Assembly (NCBI GenBank): GCA_964035545.1
Contig: OZ037773.1
Coordinates: forward strand, 6,353,751 to 6,417,750
DNA: 64,000 nt
Source of the DNA: Bugula neritina
Lineage: Eukaryota; Animalia; Bryozoa
Reading direction: 5' to 3'
Positions 12,701 to 25,146 of the stretch are shown piece after piece. Within the stretch, counting starts at the first letter, position 1. Each line of letters begins with the position of its first letter. A program made the translations under genes and the position numbers. The notes below the pieces were generated by a model. It searched no databases and was not told the origin of the DNA. It saw only the letters and a list, made by a program, of their open reading frames with translations.

Positions 12701-15700
12701 AGGATTCTTGTTGTCACAACTGGATGTAGTATCTACAACGCTGCCAGCAGCACCGACTATGGACTCTGAGGGGCAGATGTCCCGAGTAATGTTCAGACAG
12801 CTCTCCTCTTCTTGAGTAAAGGTTTCACCTGAAAAAAGAACTGGAAATTCAGCCGTAAAACCCAAACACAAAATCTCTATCGCTCTAGAAAAATAGGCGG
12901 GCTGTAAATTTTCAATACAAAGAAATTTGACTCCATGCAGTGAGTAGTAACTGAATACTGTGATACAGCAGTGAGTAGTAACTGAATACTGTGATACAGC
13001 AGTGAAAGAGGCATGTGAATCTATTACCAGATAAACATCTAAAAAATGGTGAGGTAACTCCACAAACATACCTAATGCAGGAGGATTGACCGTCAACACA
13101 CTGTTCTCTTCTCTGAAAGGCAGAATAAAACAGTATCACAATGTTGATACAGTTCTATTAAGGTGCATACTACAAGTAGACTAGCTATACACCATAAGCT
13201 ATAGTTATATTGTTATAAAATACATGACTTATACACCATGTGACTAAATGTTACAGAACCATCAGCTGAATACAAACAGCTGCGCAATGTCAATTTAAGC
13301 CTCTCATCCCCAAGAGCACAACTTATAATTCACCAGGAAATAACAGACTCTGCCAGGTGAATCATTCTATAAGCAGCGCCGAGTTGGGGTGACTGAGTGC
13401 AATAATTTGGGATTCTCAAGTTTGGAGTTGGGGTTTACAACTTTCAACTTAAACCCCTCAACTTCAAACTCGAGAACTGCGGTAAAGGGTTCAGCATACA
13501 TTGGCAAGCGAGCCATTGAGAGACAAGACGGGAAACCAGGGGGGAGCAACTTACCCGGAGATAGATAGCCCGTCTATTACCGAGCATATAATGTCGCCAA
13601 CCAAAGAGATGTTCTCTCGGTGATCGAGTTCGGTGATGACGACGTTCCTGTCCGACCAACGCTCGTTCTCGTCCAACTCTCGGATGTCTTCAAACAAATC
13701 GCCAGCAGCGACCTCTCCTGCTGCCGCTTTCTCGGTCGAAGGGTCAGCAACTGCTGTCTGGGCAGCACTGACGGCAGCGTTCTCTTTAGACTCTTCACCG
13801 AGTTTGGTGTCAGCAAGATGCTGAAAAGGAGACACTGCTGAGTTATTTACAGCCTCAAACCAACCAATACCCAAAAGTAATGTAGTAACTTATACCGCAG
13901 CTGTTGAGGTTGTCATGGTAACTAGTCAACACCACATCCTGTTTAATACAGTAATAGACTGGTATACACTCACTCTATGCCTGCAGTCACTTCACACACT
14001 ATACACCTATCTCTACATAGCCCGGCTATTTACTATCACGCAACATTCACTCTCTCAGTTAGACTCAGCCCCAGTCCATATCCTCAACAGTTCACATTGC
14101 TGCTGCTTGGTTACACCCCTGTTTACACCAGTAACCATGGAAACAAAAACTTGCCCGACAGTCCATAGCTAGAATGTGTGACTCAAATCATTGTGATGCT
14201 ATCCTCTACTCCCTAACGACCTGAATATCTACTGCACACGCAACCAGATAGCTAAAGTCATCTAGCAGACCGCATGCACTCGTCTCATTATATTTATTTA
14301 TAAATAATTAGGCAAATTAGGATGGGCCTCTAATGGGAGGAGTGGGTAGATTGTAGAGTGGAGGCATTAATTTAGTAGGTTTGACTTTTATCTTCACCTT
14401 AATCTATGGGAGTACAGGTAAGAATGCCAGTGGAGGATGCAGACATACAGTATGGGAGGGGGGGGGGTAGAGTTAGGAATATAAAATATAGGTAGTTAAG
14501 TCAGGCTATATGGATATGTACTTTACTAGTGGCTAAGCTATTCTGTAGAGGCATATCACTTGTGTTTGAAAATGTATCAGCTATGGGCGCAGTTTTTGAA
14601 GAAAAAGGTGAAGACAAGGCATTTAATCACAAATAGATATTGGAATATATAAGCTCACTCAGCAATAACACTGTCCTTGTTTTTGATATACTGCAAGGTA
14701 TTGTATACATAGTTATTAAAATATAATCTTTGCAAGAAGAAACTGTTATAAGGATTGCTGTTTGTATAGTAACATATAAGAGTAATTAACAAATCAGGCG
14801 TGTCCAGGAATTGTTCCCTTTAGACAGTCATGTGACTATGTATAATATTTTTATGAACCTATTTTTAGCTTAGAATATTGACGCTCCAAATAGAGCCTGC
14901 AACAATGTGATGCATCTAAAGTTCTAAACTACTTTATAAAGATATAAGATAAGAAAAGTTGTTAAACTGACATTGATAGCTCATTAGGAAATTGCTTGTA
15001 TTACATTACAGAAACACTATGCAGGGTGGGGGCTTATGCAAACCAAGTTTGCATTTAAACGTGAGTGAAACATCAGGCTATAGAGTAACACCTTAGGCTA
15101 ATAAGCATCACACAACTGGTACAGTTTGGTTTATAGATAAACGCTTGCCATTCTCATCAAGCATTGTGTCAAAGATTAAGCAGCACTAACTACCCTGAAA
15201 GGATTGGTCAAGGAATATTTTCACAGAAGGAAAATTTGTTATGCTGTTGAAAAGACAAATCCACAAAGCACAAAGAGCACACAACTCCTCACCTGATTCT
15301 TCAAGTACTCGTAAAACACCGTAACTGGGAGTCATCACGAACACACTGTCGCTACACACTTTTACTAATAGTCACTGCACACAGCACCGTTCAGCTTTGC
15401 TTAGCTTAAGAAAGGAATTTCATACCATGCTGATTGATATCAACTGATATAAAGATATCAGTTATCACTGCAGTTCAAATGTCAATGTTCAGACTAGTAT
15501 TCCAACTGTACACACATGCATATTTAGCTGTTACTCTCCCCACCTTAGCTTGAGGTTCTGCAGGTAACTGGAGAGGGTCGGGTTGAATACTCCCTAGCAC
15601 TACCCTGTTGCTAGACGTTGAATCCCTCTGAGGGGTGGAGCTGGAGTGAGTAAGCTTTAGAGTGGTGAAGTTTGATAGCAAGTTCTCTAGATCATCATCA

Positions 15701-15705
15701 GACAT
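463..15705 (-). CDS. TACC: Transforming acidic coiled-coil (TACC) family protein, ~1180 aa, 19 core exons
   Basis: Phase-consistent GT-AG exons: 15705-15544, 13820-13555, 13112-13072, 12828-11506, 11212-10999, 10121-10049, 9397-9334, 8596-8526, 8121-8059, 7976-7733, 6713-6582, 6347-6289, 6124-6021, 5638-5527, 3831-3754, 2643-2557, 2154-1930, 1420-1265, 534-463. Hallmarks: RQSLYRKFDPLV (cf. TACC3 RKQSLYLKFDPLL), DPF..ANSPP repeats, coiled coil VETSFTELHKRYDQMR and C-terminal ELTTICDNLL (cf. ELTKICDELI). Confidence 0.92.
660..910. repeat. Degenerate AT-rich tandem repeat in last TACC intron
   Basis: Recurring CTCTATATTACCTTGATATCA-like units with a ~59-bp near-exact duplication. Confidence 0.7.
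928..1264. repeat. 40-bp minisatellite, ~9 copies, abutting a TACC splice donor
   Basis: Unit CACAGATAACTCCCAGTATGACTACGCCACGCACCACACA; AGATAACTCC at 931, 971, 1011, 1051, 1091, then shorter variants. Confidence 0.95.
2721..3742. repeat. Compound (TAC)n-derived microsatellite filling a TACC intron
   Basis: About 1 kb of TAC/TGC/CAC/TTC triplets with recurring CACTAGACTATTAC. Confidence 0.95.
4050..4145. repeat. 21-bp tandem repeat, ~4.5 copies
   Basis: Unit CACAGTCACTACAACRGCTGC. Confidence 0.9.
5850..6000. repeat. 22-bp tandem repeat, ~6-7 copies
   Basis: Unit CTGACCTATATTTCACACACCR. Confidence 0.9.
7085..7432. repeat. 23-bp minisatellite, ~15 copies
   Basis: Unit ACATGCTGCAGATWACAGCTGAC. 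Confidence 0.95.
9101..9224. mobile_element. MITE family B, degenerate copy (opposite orientation to 38381-38532)
   Basis: Aligns by eye with the reverse complement of 38381-38532 (ATGAATTTGTGGTT, GCATGAACTTATG, TTCATTCG, TTCCAA). Confidence 0.65.
11600..11900 (-). repeat. Coding 33-bp tandem repeat (EEQPIAAQVPL)n within TACC exon
   Basis: About 9 near-identical 11-aa units plus more degenerate QPI units up to ~12110. Confidence 0.9.
13909..13922. promoter_or_regulatory. RFX X-box-like site GTTGTCATGGTAAC
   Basis: 14-bp imperfect palindrome close to the X-box consensus GTTNCCATGGNAAC; TACC intron 1. Confidence 0.5.
14131..14144. promoter_or_regulatory. RFX X-box-like site GTAACCATGGAAAC
   Basis: Reverse complement GTTTCCATGGTTAC; second X-box-like site ~220 bp from the first. 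Confidence 0.5.
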
Positions 15706-16529
15706 AGTTGTGAACTATATCTACTGAAAATCACCTTCTGCAACGTAAGGAGGCAAGGTATCAGCACACGAGGTGATGATAGTTAAGGAAGTTTGAAAAT
15801 ATTAGTTTAGGCAATGCAGAAAAATATTTAAAGTTGTTAACCCGAATAAATGTATGGAATTAATTAGATAGTGTGGCTGTTTAACAGCTTTTAATGTACT
15901 TTATGTTGTATTATGGCATTATTGCTATACAAGCTTTCAGAGAACAAGCTAGAAACATTTTTCAGCTAATTAGCTAATGTTTTATGTACAGAAAAGGAAA
16001 TATAAGAGAAAGTCAACTATTTAGCTATATAACTTGTTCACTAGCATATGTTTTAGCCAAGTCCCTGTACCTACTGAAGAGCTAGGACTGTGCTGTAGGC
16101 ACATCTTGTTTGCATAAAGCTAATAGAAAAGTGCAACGTAACAGCTTAGCATATTTCACTTCACATATAGTATCATACTAAAGTAAAATGTAATCGATCT
16201 ACTTTTCATTTGCTATGCTGTGGACTATTTTTGGAGTTGATACAAGTTATGCAGAAAGTTTAATTCTGCTGCAGCCAACAATAAAATATTATCAGCTAGC
16301 AGCTGTGAACATTGAGCAAATGTAATTCAAGTGAATTGCAAAAAAAACTTGAATATGTTTTTGGTGAACTTCTAAAGTGACTGGCATTTTATTAGAGAAT
16401 TTAGTTTAGTAGTGGGTTTTAACAGTTAGGTGTTTCCATGCACTCACATTTAAATTAGTACACATCTGGCATTTGTGTGTTCAGATTTATATTCATAGAT
16501 TACTGGAACAGCTTTTTATTGAATGTGTG

Positions 16530-17700
16530 AAACCTAGTTGTAGCACTATAATCAGCCTCTCACTGTTCATAATTAAATCTCGACTTTTGTAATAACATAG
16601 AAACAGTAATAATTGGATAACAGTTTTATTGGTATGCCATTAACCTTTAGAGTTATTAATGACTAGGTTTAACTTCAACTAACAGTAACACATTATGTTC
16701 AACATTATAAATTCCATCATCATCATGATCAATTTCAAGTGATCAACTAAAACTTTCTTTAATAATTATGATCAACTTAAACTTCAAGTTCGACCTCAAA
16801 GTCAAATTTTAATTTTAACGTGAAAGTCAAACTGAAGTCAATATTTATTCTCATAGCAACGTGAAAATCACATTCACTGTGACACTGACAATGCATTGTC
16901 ATATTCATACTTATTGAGTCATTGTGATTGTCAATCGTGAGTGATTTTCAGTGATACTGATAGTGATACTTAGTATCAATATTATTATCATAATACTAAT
17001 AGTAATACTTATAGTTATAGCTACTTTAACTTATGCTTATGGAGCAACTTAGTATGGTGATGCCGATATTAATAGGCGAAAGTGATACTTATATTATGAT
17101 GATTAATGAATTAATCAATCATGATCATCATTAAAATTATAAACCATTATCAATTATGATTATAATCATAATGATAATATTAACTATTATCACATCCATT
17201 ATGATCATGATGATTAGCACTGGCATTAATTACAAAATCAAATATGAAATAACAATAAATAATATCAATAATATACTAAAACTTACAACCTAGTCTTATA
17301 TTTACAAGACTAAGAGTAAGAGTAAGACTAAGTCATACTGATACTTATTAACTCTTATAACTTACAGTTATATTTTAATTTGGAATTATAAGATGATAAG
17401 TTAATGATAACTTAATTAAACTAAAATAAGTTAGTATAACTTATAGTTTATTACTATTAGTATTACTATTAGTTATACTAAAAGTAAAAGTAAAACTGAA
17501 AGTAAATTATTTTTATTTTATTTTTAACTTTATTATTAAGTTTGATATTATTGCAAGTAGTGAAATATGGCGATGATGATTGCTATTATAATTTTTTAGG
17601 TCTTCAACATGATTTCCATTTAGTTTGCACCATCCTCGATAAAACCACACTGCAAAAACTGTGATAATTATAACAGTTAAATTCAAACTAAGAGAACGAG
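16530..17700. other. Intergenic tract with 6-bp TnA periodicity and many short inverted repeats
   Basis: Alternating nTn/Ann triplets; palindromes at 16886-16901 and 17153-17172; stems 16862-16871/16941-16950 and 17432-17441/17471-17480. Confidence 0.75.
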
Positions 17701-18328
17701 GGCTGGCACTACACAAGAGTTTATCACAGGAAGTACAAGATTTGAAAAATCCGGAGCGGATGTACGTTATTCGCGCAATTACATAGTTTCTGTTAACAAA
17801 TTTTATATTACATTGAGTAGATAACTCAACAATAAACTTTCAGTGAATTGCAATATTATGTAAAAGAATAGCAATTATTAATTTATGAAATACTAGTGAC
17901 AAACTAGTCGAAATTTATCCAGTTGCAATGATATTGGTGTACAGTTTATTGGCAAAATAATTTAGCAACAGGTACATGAGATTACAAATTTAATGCAGAA
18001 ATTCCCAAAAAATGTGTAAATCCTAAAAATAAATATTTTTATTTTAAGATTAAAATTGCATAAAAAATATATTTACATAAAATCAATTAAAAATTTGCAA
18101 ATAAAGGGAACTGAGGGCTACACAGTTCTGGGTGAAGAGAGCTGTAACAAAGCACCATGTTTAGACTCAGAGTATCTACTGGTTATGTAAGGGGGTCACC
18201 AAGTGCTCCCTCATATCAAAATATGCCTGAGAAAAAGCAGACTGGCAGAATCGGTGGCGAGTAGAGACTAAGCGAGGTAGTAGAATATTCCAAAGTAAAA
18301 AGAAGCCAACTCATTAGTGTGTCAGCTA

Positions 18329-21194
18329 CTAACGCTTGATAAATATATATAGAACAACCATACCTGAAAAATAAAATAAAAATGTACAAGCTTGCTTGTA
18401 CAAGTACACATTTTAACATAACATGAGTAACTTCATATTATACGGTAAGCTGATTCATTGAGACCTTAAAAAATATAACTTTGCAAAAGTTGCTAGAAAT
18501 AAAATTGGGATAAACTAAGCTCACGGAGTATAAGATTAAAGTATGCTGGGTACACTATCTCTTTATACACTTGCACACTTGGACCAAACATGTGAAACAG
18601 AGAGAGTTGTCCACTCAATAACACCTGGCTAGAGAATACTTCGGCAGAAGTCGCTCGGCATGGGTAAAGGTGACAGCATGTAAAATAACACAAGAAAGCA
18701 AGGTTTGATACAGTTCTTGAACCAAAATAGGATAATCGAACCCTTCTGCTCAGACAACCTCGTGTTTTAAGATCAGACACACTTGGTATTAGTTGCTGCA
18801 GCATTTTGCAATGTGTATGTGTGCAAATCTGCCAAATACAATTGAGTGGTGTTTAAACACATGTCTCAACATAATGTCAGTCACACATTACCATGTAAAC
18901 CAACAGAAATACATCACAAGTAATTATGTTGCTGGTGTTTAGCGATAAAATATAATAAAATAAATTAAATCCTTTACGTCATACAACATTCTTGCTGCAG
19001 ATTCATTTTTGCCAGGTGTGTTTGAAACTTAGAAGTCAGATCGGAAATTTATAGCTATTTGCTCCACACATGACTGGCACTCTCCTGCAAAAGCAGACAA
19101 TTCCCAACACATAGTAGAGCATGAGAAAACTATTACCTAAAAAGAATGCAGCAGACAATCGATAGCTTTCCGTAGTTCTGACGTATTCTGGAAGGTAGTA
19201 GTTGTCCTCCCCTTGATAAGGCAGAGCTAAGACTAGTAGACACACGAGACCAATAATAACCACCAGGGGGTCAGGCTGTGGTGGTACGCCATCAGAATCT
19301 ACAAGAAACAGAACGTAATTAGTATACACCAAAGTATAGAGTGACAACAAGTCAACTAGATGAGTATTTGTAGAGCAACAATGAAGCAGTTGTGGTCTGA
19401 TAAATACTAAACTGTGAGTCAGAGATCACGCCAGGAAAAGCATGTATAATTTCTCCTGAAACCCTCATGTTGCCTGCATAGTGTGAGGCACAAATCTTTC
19501 ACCTACTTAAAACCCTTAGCATTGGAGGTTCTCACAGAGATGAAGACTTCAACTGATGTAAACTTTTCGTCTGAAAAAAATGATGTCTGCAAAACTCTAA
19601 TAATAAAAATAGAAACTGAAGGTTTTACCAGATGAGTGGTGAGGTTGGTCTGGAGTTTCCCTTGGCGGTGTACCTCTGGACTCTGCCTGCCGACTAGCAC
19701 CCGGTCTCCGAATGTCTCCTTGTCTGTTGACACCAGCTGCTTGGAGGTGCTCATCTCTAGAGCGGTAGAGAGTGGCAGGGACATCCTGTTGAGCTACATC
19801 AGTGAATACACACACAAAGCTGAACCATGATACTGTGAACATTATCTAAACAAAAATATAAGTATTTTAAACAAATATTTGCGAATGAATGAAAAATTAT
19901 AGTTAAATTTGGATTGCATTCTTAGAGTACAAGTGAGTTGCATGACACATTACTTGGAGCATGAATGAGTTGCATGAATCACTTTCTTGGAGTATAATTA
20001 AATAATATGACTAACCAATGTGTTTCTTGTCCGAGTCTCGAATAATCTTGACTCTAAATAAGTCTTTTGTGCCGACATTCTCTAAATATGGCTGCTGGTG
20101 CCGAATCACGCTGAAATAGACAGTATTTATTCACCAATAAAAATGGAATGTACTCAATAAGCCAAGATTATGTTGCATAGCAATCAAGTGTTTACGTTTT
20201 CGTAGACAACTCTACCACCAGATCTTAGTAACGGGATTTCAGAACGTAATACGACATAGCTGACTAACTAAGAAATAAACAGCACGTTATGGGACCACAC
20301 CGGTTTTACATGGCCATTAGAGTTAGAAAATAGAAAATCTTCCGAATAGCTGTTCGACAAAACCTAATGATGCGGCCAAGAGAACGCTGCTAAATGGATA
20401 GACTGAGTTATTAATTTCCTGTCAGAATTAACTAATTTCATGTTAATACAATAATTCAAAAGCACTTCACTAAAAACTGTAAATTATTTCAACAACTTCT
20501 AGATAAAGTGACTACTACATAGAGTAGGAGGATTGTATCAGATGTAAATACAATAAATCCACCAATCAGGTAGTGAATACAAATAATCCACCAATCAGGC
20601 AGTGAATACAAATAATCCACCAATCAAGTAGTGAATACAAATAATCCACCAATCAGGTAGCCATCTACACTCACAGGTCGACGCAGCAGTGTGACTTCAC
20701 TACACCTTCTGGCTCACTCACTTGATATTTATTCTCTTCTTTCACAGATCTCTTCACTAAAACCAAACAATAAAAATTGACCACAACTTACGGTGGAATT
20801 ATTTTAAAAGAAAAGTATACTCAAATAACAGAGTGTTCTGCAACAGCTTTTTGTCATGTGATCTAATAAAATCTAGAAACTATATTTATAACACATTTGT
20901 AACTTCAAGTTGTAACTTACATTTATAACTTGAATCTCTATCTTATTTGCAATTTACATTTATTACATGCATTCAGAAGTCAAATTAAGAATTTACATTT
21001 ATTATTTAAATTTGTAACCTATATTTACAACCTAAATTCGTAACTTATATTTTTAACTTACATTTATATCGAAGAGAAAAGTTATAAGGGTTGTATATCG
21101 ACAGCGTGCTCTTGAATGTAGTGACATCATCCATGAAAAACTCCAGTTTCTGAGGAAAGATGAATACGGGAAGGAAATCGTTCAACTTTGACAT
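18329..21194 (-). CDS. MOSPD1: Motile sperm domain-containing protein 1/3-like (MSP domain + C-terminal TM helices), 223 aa, 6 exons
   Basis: Exons 21194-21062, 20756-20675, 20110-20016, 19793-19629, 19298-19137, 18363-18329 join in phase: MSKLNDFLPVFIFPQKLEFFMDDVTTFKSTLSIYNPYNFSLRYK...EGVVKSHCCVDLVIRH...DVPATL...LVVIIGLVCLLVLALP...LPEYV...LSAAFFLGMVVLYIFIKR*. Matches MOSPD1 motifs LPVFVFP, YNPY, CCVDIVIRH, AAYILG. Confidence 0.9.
20552..20660. repeat. ~29-bp tandem repeat x4, each unit with CCAATCA
   Basis: AAATAATCCACCAATCAGGTAGTGAATAC repeated in MOSPD1 intron 2. Confidence 0.85.
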
Positions 21195-22664
21195 GCCTTA
21201 ATCAGTAGCGGAGCACCTACAGAGAAATCTCTCTTTGAGAATACAGAAACTTTATTCCACAAATGTGCATAGTTGATAAAAAAATTAAATTTAATTTAGC
21301 TATTTAAGCTTGTGAAAGATGTTGTATAATACAAATAAGGATTTCTGAATTTTTGTTGTTTCTTTGGTAAACAGTTTTAAATTAATTATAGTAGTTTAGA
21401 GTAGTACAAAAGCAAATTAAAGATTTTGAAAGATGAAGTTACAAACTTGTTTTGATAATTACAACAAAATACATTAAATTTATATTATTATTACATTTAA
21501 AAAATGTCAATATACTACTAGTATAAGTATAACTATATCGTATATTATAGTGATTCAAATTTGAATGGTTACAGTGTCACTCTAGTCTCTACCAGCACGT
21601 AAAAATACATTATGAATAATAATTTCATATTAAATAACAGCGGTAGCTACAACACAACAAAATGATCTTTTAGACGAATATATTCAATTATTAAAACAAA
21701 TAAATTTAAGCAACAGTCTCCATATAACTTCCAACAAATTGCAGCATCTTCAGAGGTTATCCAATATTTGTCACCTACTACAATTATTAATATAACTATT
21801 ACAACTGTAAAAGAAGAATTCATGACCAAGCTTTACCTGAATTACAAGCCCTGTTAGAATCACCACAGTCCCAGCCAACACTAAAATACTAAGAATAACT
21901 GTTTTGTTGAAATATTTATCTCCAGAAAACATAAACAAGCCTTCTTTATCTTGTGTCAAAGTCTGCACTATCACAGTCACAAAAGACACTTCTCCAAAAC
22001 CTTTCTATTGACAAGACTCACTGCAATTGAAGTAATTACTAGGTATAAAATCTCACTTTCCATCTGTTTACTGGACAGTAATTAACATTTTGAACTAATT
22101 CTTGCCTCTTATCTTGCATAATCATTTGCTATTCTATTATTTCAAACTATTATGTAATAGAAAACTAATCTTTCAGGATCCTAAGGCTGGTAAAATCAAC
22201 AAAACATGAATTAGGAAATTAAAAACCACCATGAACCAAGATGTAAACTTAATTACAGTAATTTGTAAAACTGTTATTAACCTCTGGCCTTAACTTAGGG
22301 AAACAAAAGTCATGCAAACTTGGAATGCCTGATTATAGGGTTCAAAATTTTCTTCAGTGCAAATGGGTTTCAGCCAATAGAAATCAACCAGGATGTTACT
22401 AAGTTTGCAAGACTATTTTAAGAATAAATGAATTCTTGAGGAAATTATACCTTCAACCCTATGATCAACAAATATCTGTAGTCTACCGATAAAAATATTC
22501 CATAGTCTATACTATTGATTTCCAATTTGTTCCTAACTATTTGGAATTTGCAGGTTAGGCTGGCAAACATATTTACTAATCTTAAATGTGACACACTCTT
22601 TCTATTCTAAAGGTTATGGCACCCACAAGCTTAAAGCGATTCAGTGTGGGACTACATCCGCAGA

Positions 22665-23550
22665 TATTAGTATTATTACTACAAGTGAAGTACAACATTA
22701 CATTTAGCCTTGGGCTTAACTACAAGTATTATTATTATATTATTTACTTTACAGTCAAGAAAAAGTGCAGCAGTGTTAGTAATAGTATTATATTACTATT
22801 AGAGCAAATTTGTATTGGTAATAACTAGTAAGCATTACTGTCATTCTGTAAGTATTACACTTGAAGTTAATCTTACTCTTACTCAAATTCCATAATGATT
22901 ATAATAACTAATAATTATAAGTATAAGCATTATAACTAAACTGATACTCATACTTATTTACTTTTACTAACTAGTTAACTATTAACTCTAGGAGTAAGAG
23001 TAAGATTAAGTATGAGTATCATATTGATATTCAGTTTCACTGTAGCCTAAGTGTAAGTGAAAGCGTTAGCGTACCACCATCATATTAACATTTACTGTCA
23101 CTATGATACACTCATACTAATAGTGAGTGTGACTATCAGTATTAGTATCGCTATGACTATGATTAATGATACTCTTACTCTTAGTATAACTGCTACTCTA
23201 TCAGTATCACTATCACTATGACTATGGTATTGCCATCAGTATGAGTATCACTATAAGTATAAGTATAACATTCACATTTTTATTGAGATACAGATTGTCG
23301 ATTGATTTTGAGATTGACTATCAGTATAAGTATTATACTGCACCTACCTCGTTTATTTTTACCTTTAGAGTTAGTGTAACTCAAACTGTGTCACTATCAG
23401 TATCAGTGTGACTGTGAGTGTCAGTGTCTCAGTCTGTAGTGCTAATAATATTTTAAACTAAATTTAGAATCAAATAAGTCATTGGAGTAGTAGATTTTCA
23501 GAGAGCTATTATAATTTTTGTCAGCAGACCAACATTGATATCATTATTAT
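22665..23550. other. Second intergenic tract with 6-bp TnA periodicity and long hairpins
   Basis: ATN-AST hexamers; perfect inverted repeats 22867-22884/22992-23009 (18 bp) and 22942-22956/23007-23021 (15 bp). Confidence 0.75.
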
Positions 23551-25146
23551 AAATAAAACATAATAACTGCAAATCTGTAAATTGCTAGGACTTCGTATTT
23601 TAAAAATGATCTTTGTTATGATAATCGTGGAGTTTCAGTTTGACTGAGACACTTGTAAACTAGTTTTGTTGGCTTCTTTTATTCGTAAAATCGTATTGGC
23701 AAGAAAGTCTTAACAAGACTGATGGTCATGTGAATAGCTTTCGTCATCAGTTTAAAATTTAAGTAGACAACTCTAAAAAACAATTTCAGCAATGTACATT
23801 AAGCTACAATATAATATTATGTTACATATATAATATTATGTTACATATATAATATTATGTCAAATAACATTATAGGCTGCCTATAATCATATGTTAAAAT
23901 AAAGTATCTAATTATCCTTCAATGTTTTTGGTACCATATTCTACATGACTAATGTATACATGTATAAGGTTTGTTTTGTTATTTTAATACTCGATCACTT
24001 GAAATTTATCAATTTTCAATTGTTTATTTTAGTGGTCACTTTTCAAAAAAAAATATTTATCTATATGCATGCAGCAATGCAGAATCATAAACGCATAATA
24101 AAATAAAATAGTTGATAACTAAGAAGCTATATAATATGGAATTGTTTGCACCAAAGTTATATAAGAAAAATATTATATTATATTTTATTCGATATGAAAC
24201 CTATAAAATAAACAATGGTACGGAATACAAAAAAACTAATTACAAATCAAATAACTGCACATGATTTACAAAATATTGTTGATGAAATATAATCAAAACC
24301 AATTTTCAGTGTAAAATAAAAAGTGCTATATCGAAAGGCAAGTATATATACAAGTATCATGAATAGGAAATGTAGATGCACTTACTTCTGTCTTATAATT
24401 ATGCATGTCTAAACTTTAAGTTATAAAGTAACAAACATATTACATAATAATGTATAGACTTGGTTATGGAACATTAAAAAGTCTGAATTTGGCTCCCACT
24501 GTGTGCATACATGTTTATATACTGCATTTATATATACTATATTATAGTCAAAGACCCTTAGTTGTGCTTCATGAAAGTTACTAAAGCAATTGGTAAATTA
24601 AATTACATAATTTTTGAAGCTTCTCCAACAATAGGTTTAAATGCACACAACTTAAATATTTTACAAGTAGCCATTTGGCCAAAATCTGCATGGACACTGT
24701 AGAATAAGAATGTAAGATATTATAGGCATGATGGAACTGTTTTACCATGTAATTTAGAAGTATATAATAGAAAATATAAACTATAGAATATTTTATAAAA
24801 TATAGTGCAATATAAAATATAATATAAAAGTTGAATGTGAGGTGATAGAAACAATTATAAATTAAAAGCTACATTCAAAAGTGAAAAGTTAAACTGTCTA
24901 CAGCGCACTAAAAAAGAAATAAAGTGCCCAAAATACCTTTTCGCTTGCAGTGACAGAGAAGCTTTAGTTTTTAATTCTATTTAGTGTTCATGCACGTTAA
25001 ATTTTTATGCAGATTGAAACTCTTTTTTGCTATATTTGTCATTTAGAATACAGGCTTTTCTCAATTTTTCGCCTCCCCCAACCGTTTTGTATGCATGCAG
25101 GTTTCAACATAACAGAATATAGTCTAAAAACCAAATTGACTGGATA

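Noticed and set aside
11608-12815. Plus-strand Leu/Val-rich ORFs
   Set aside because: Antisense shadows of the repetitive TACC exon.
11411-13099. 562-aa ORF as a single-exon gene
   Set aside because: It is TACC exons 13112-13072 and 12828-11506 plus stop-free intron sequence; splice sites and phases fit the spliced model.
18216-18804. ORFs 18216-18419 and 18493-18804
   Set aside because: Intron/UTR of MOSPD1; the real terminal exon uses another frame (18363-18329).
19507-19570. Possible extra MOSPD1 exon
   Set aside because: Its donor is phase 2 while the next exon needs phase 1; direct 19629->19298 splicing fits the family length.
21647-22063. Hydrophobic minus-strand ORFs upstream of MOSPD1
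   Set aside because: No phase-consistent model or recognisable family; probably UTR or intergenic.
23679-23752. CTGATGA..GAAA hammerhead-like motif near 23740 (minus strand)
   Set aside because: No stem II or flanking stems I/III; only a simple short hairpin.
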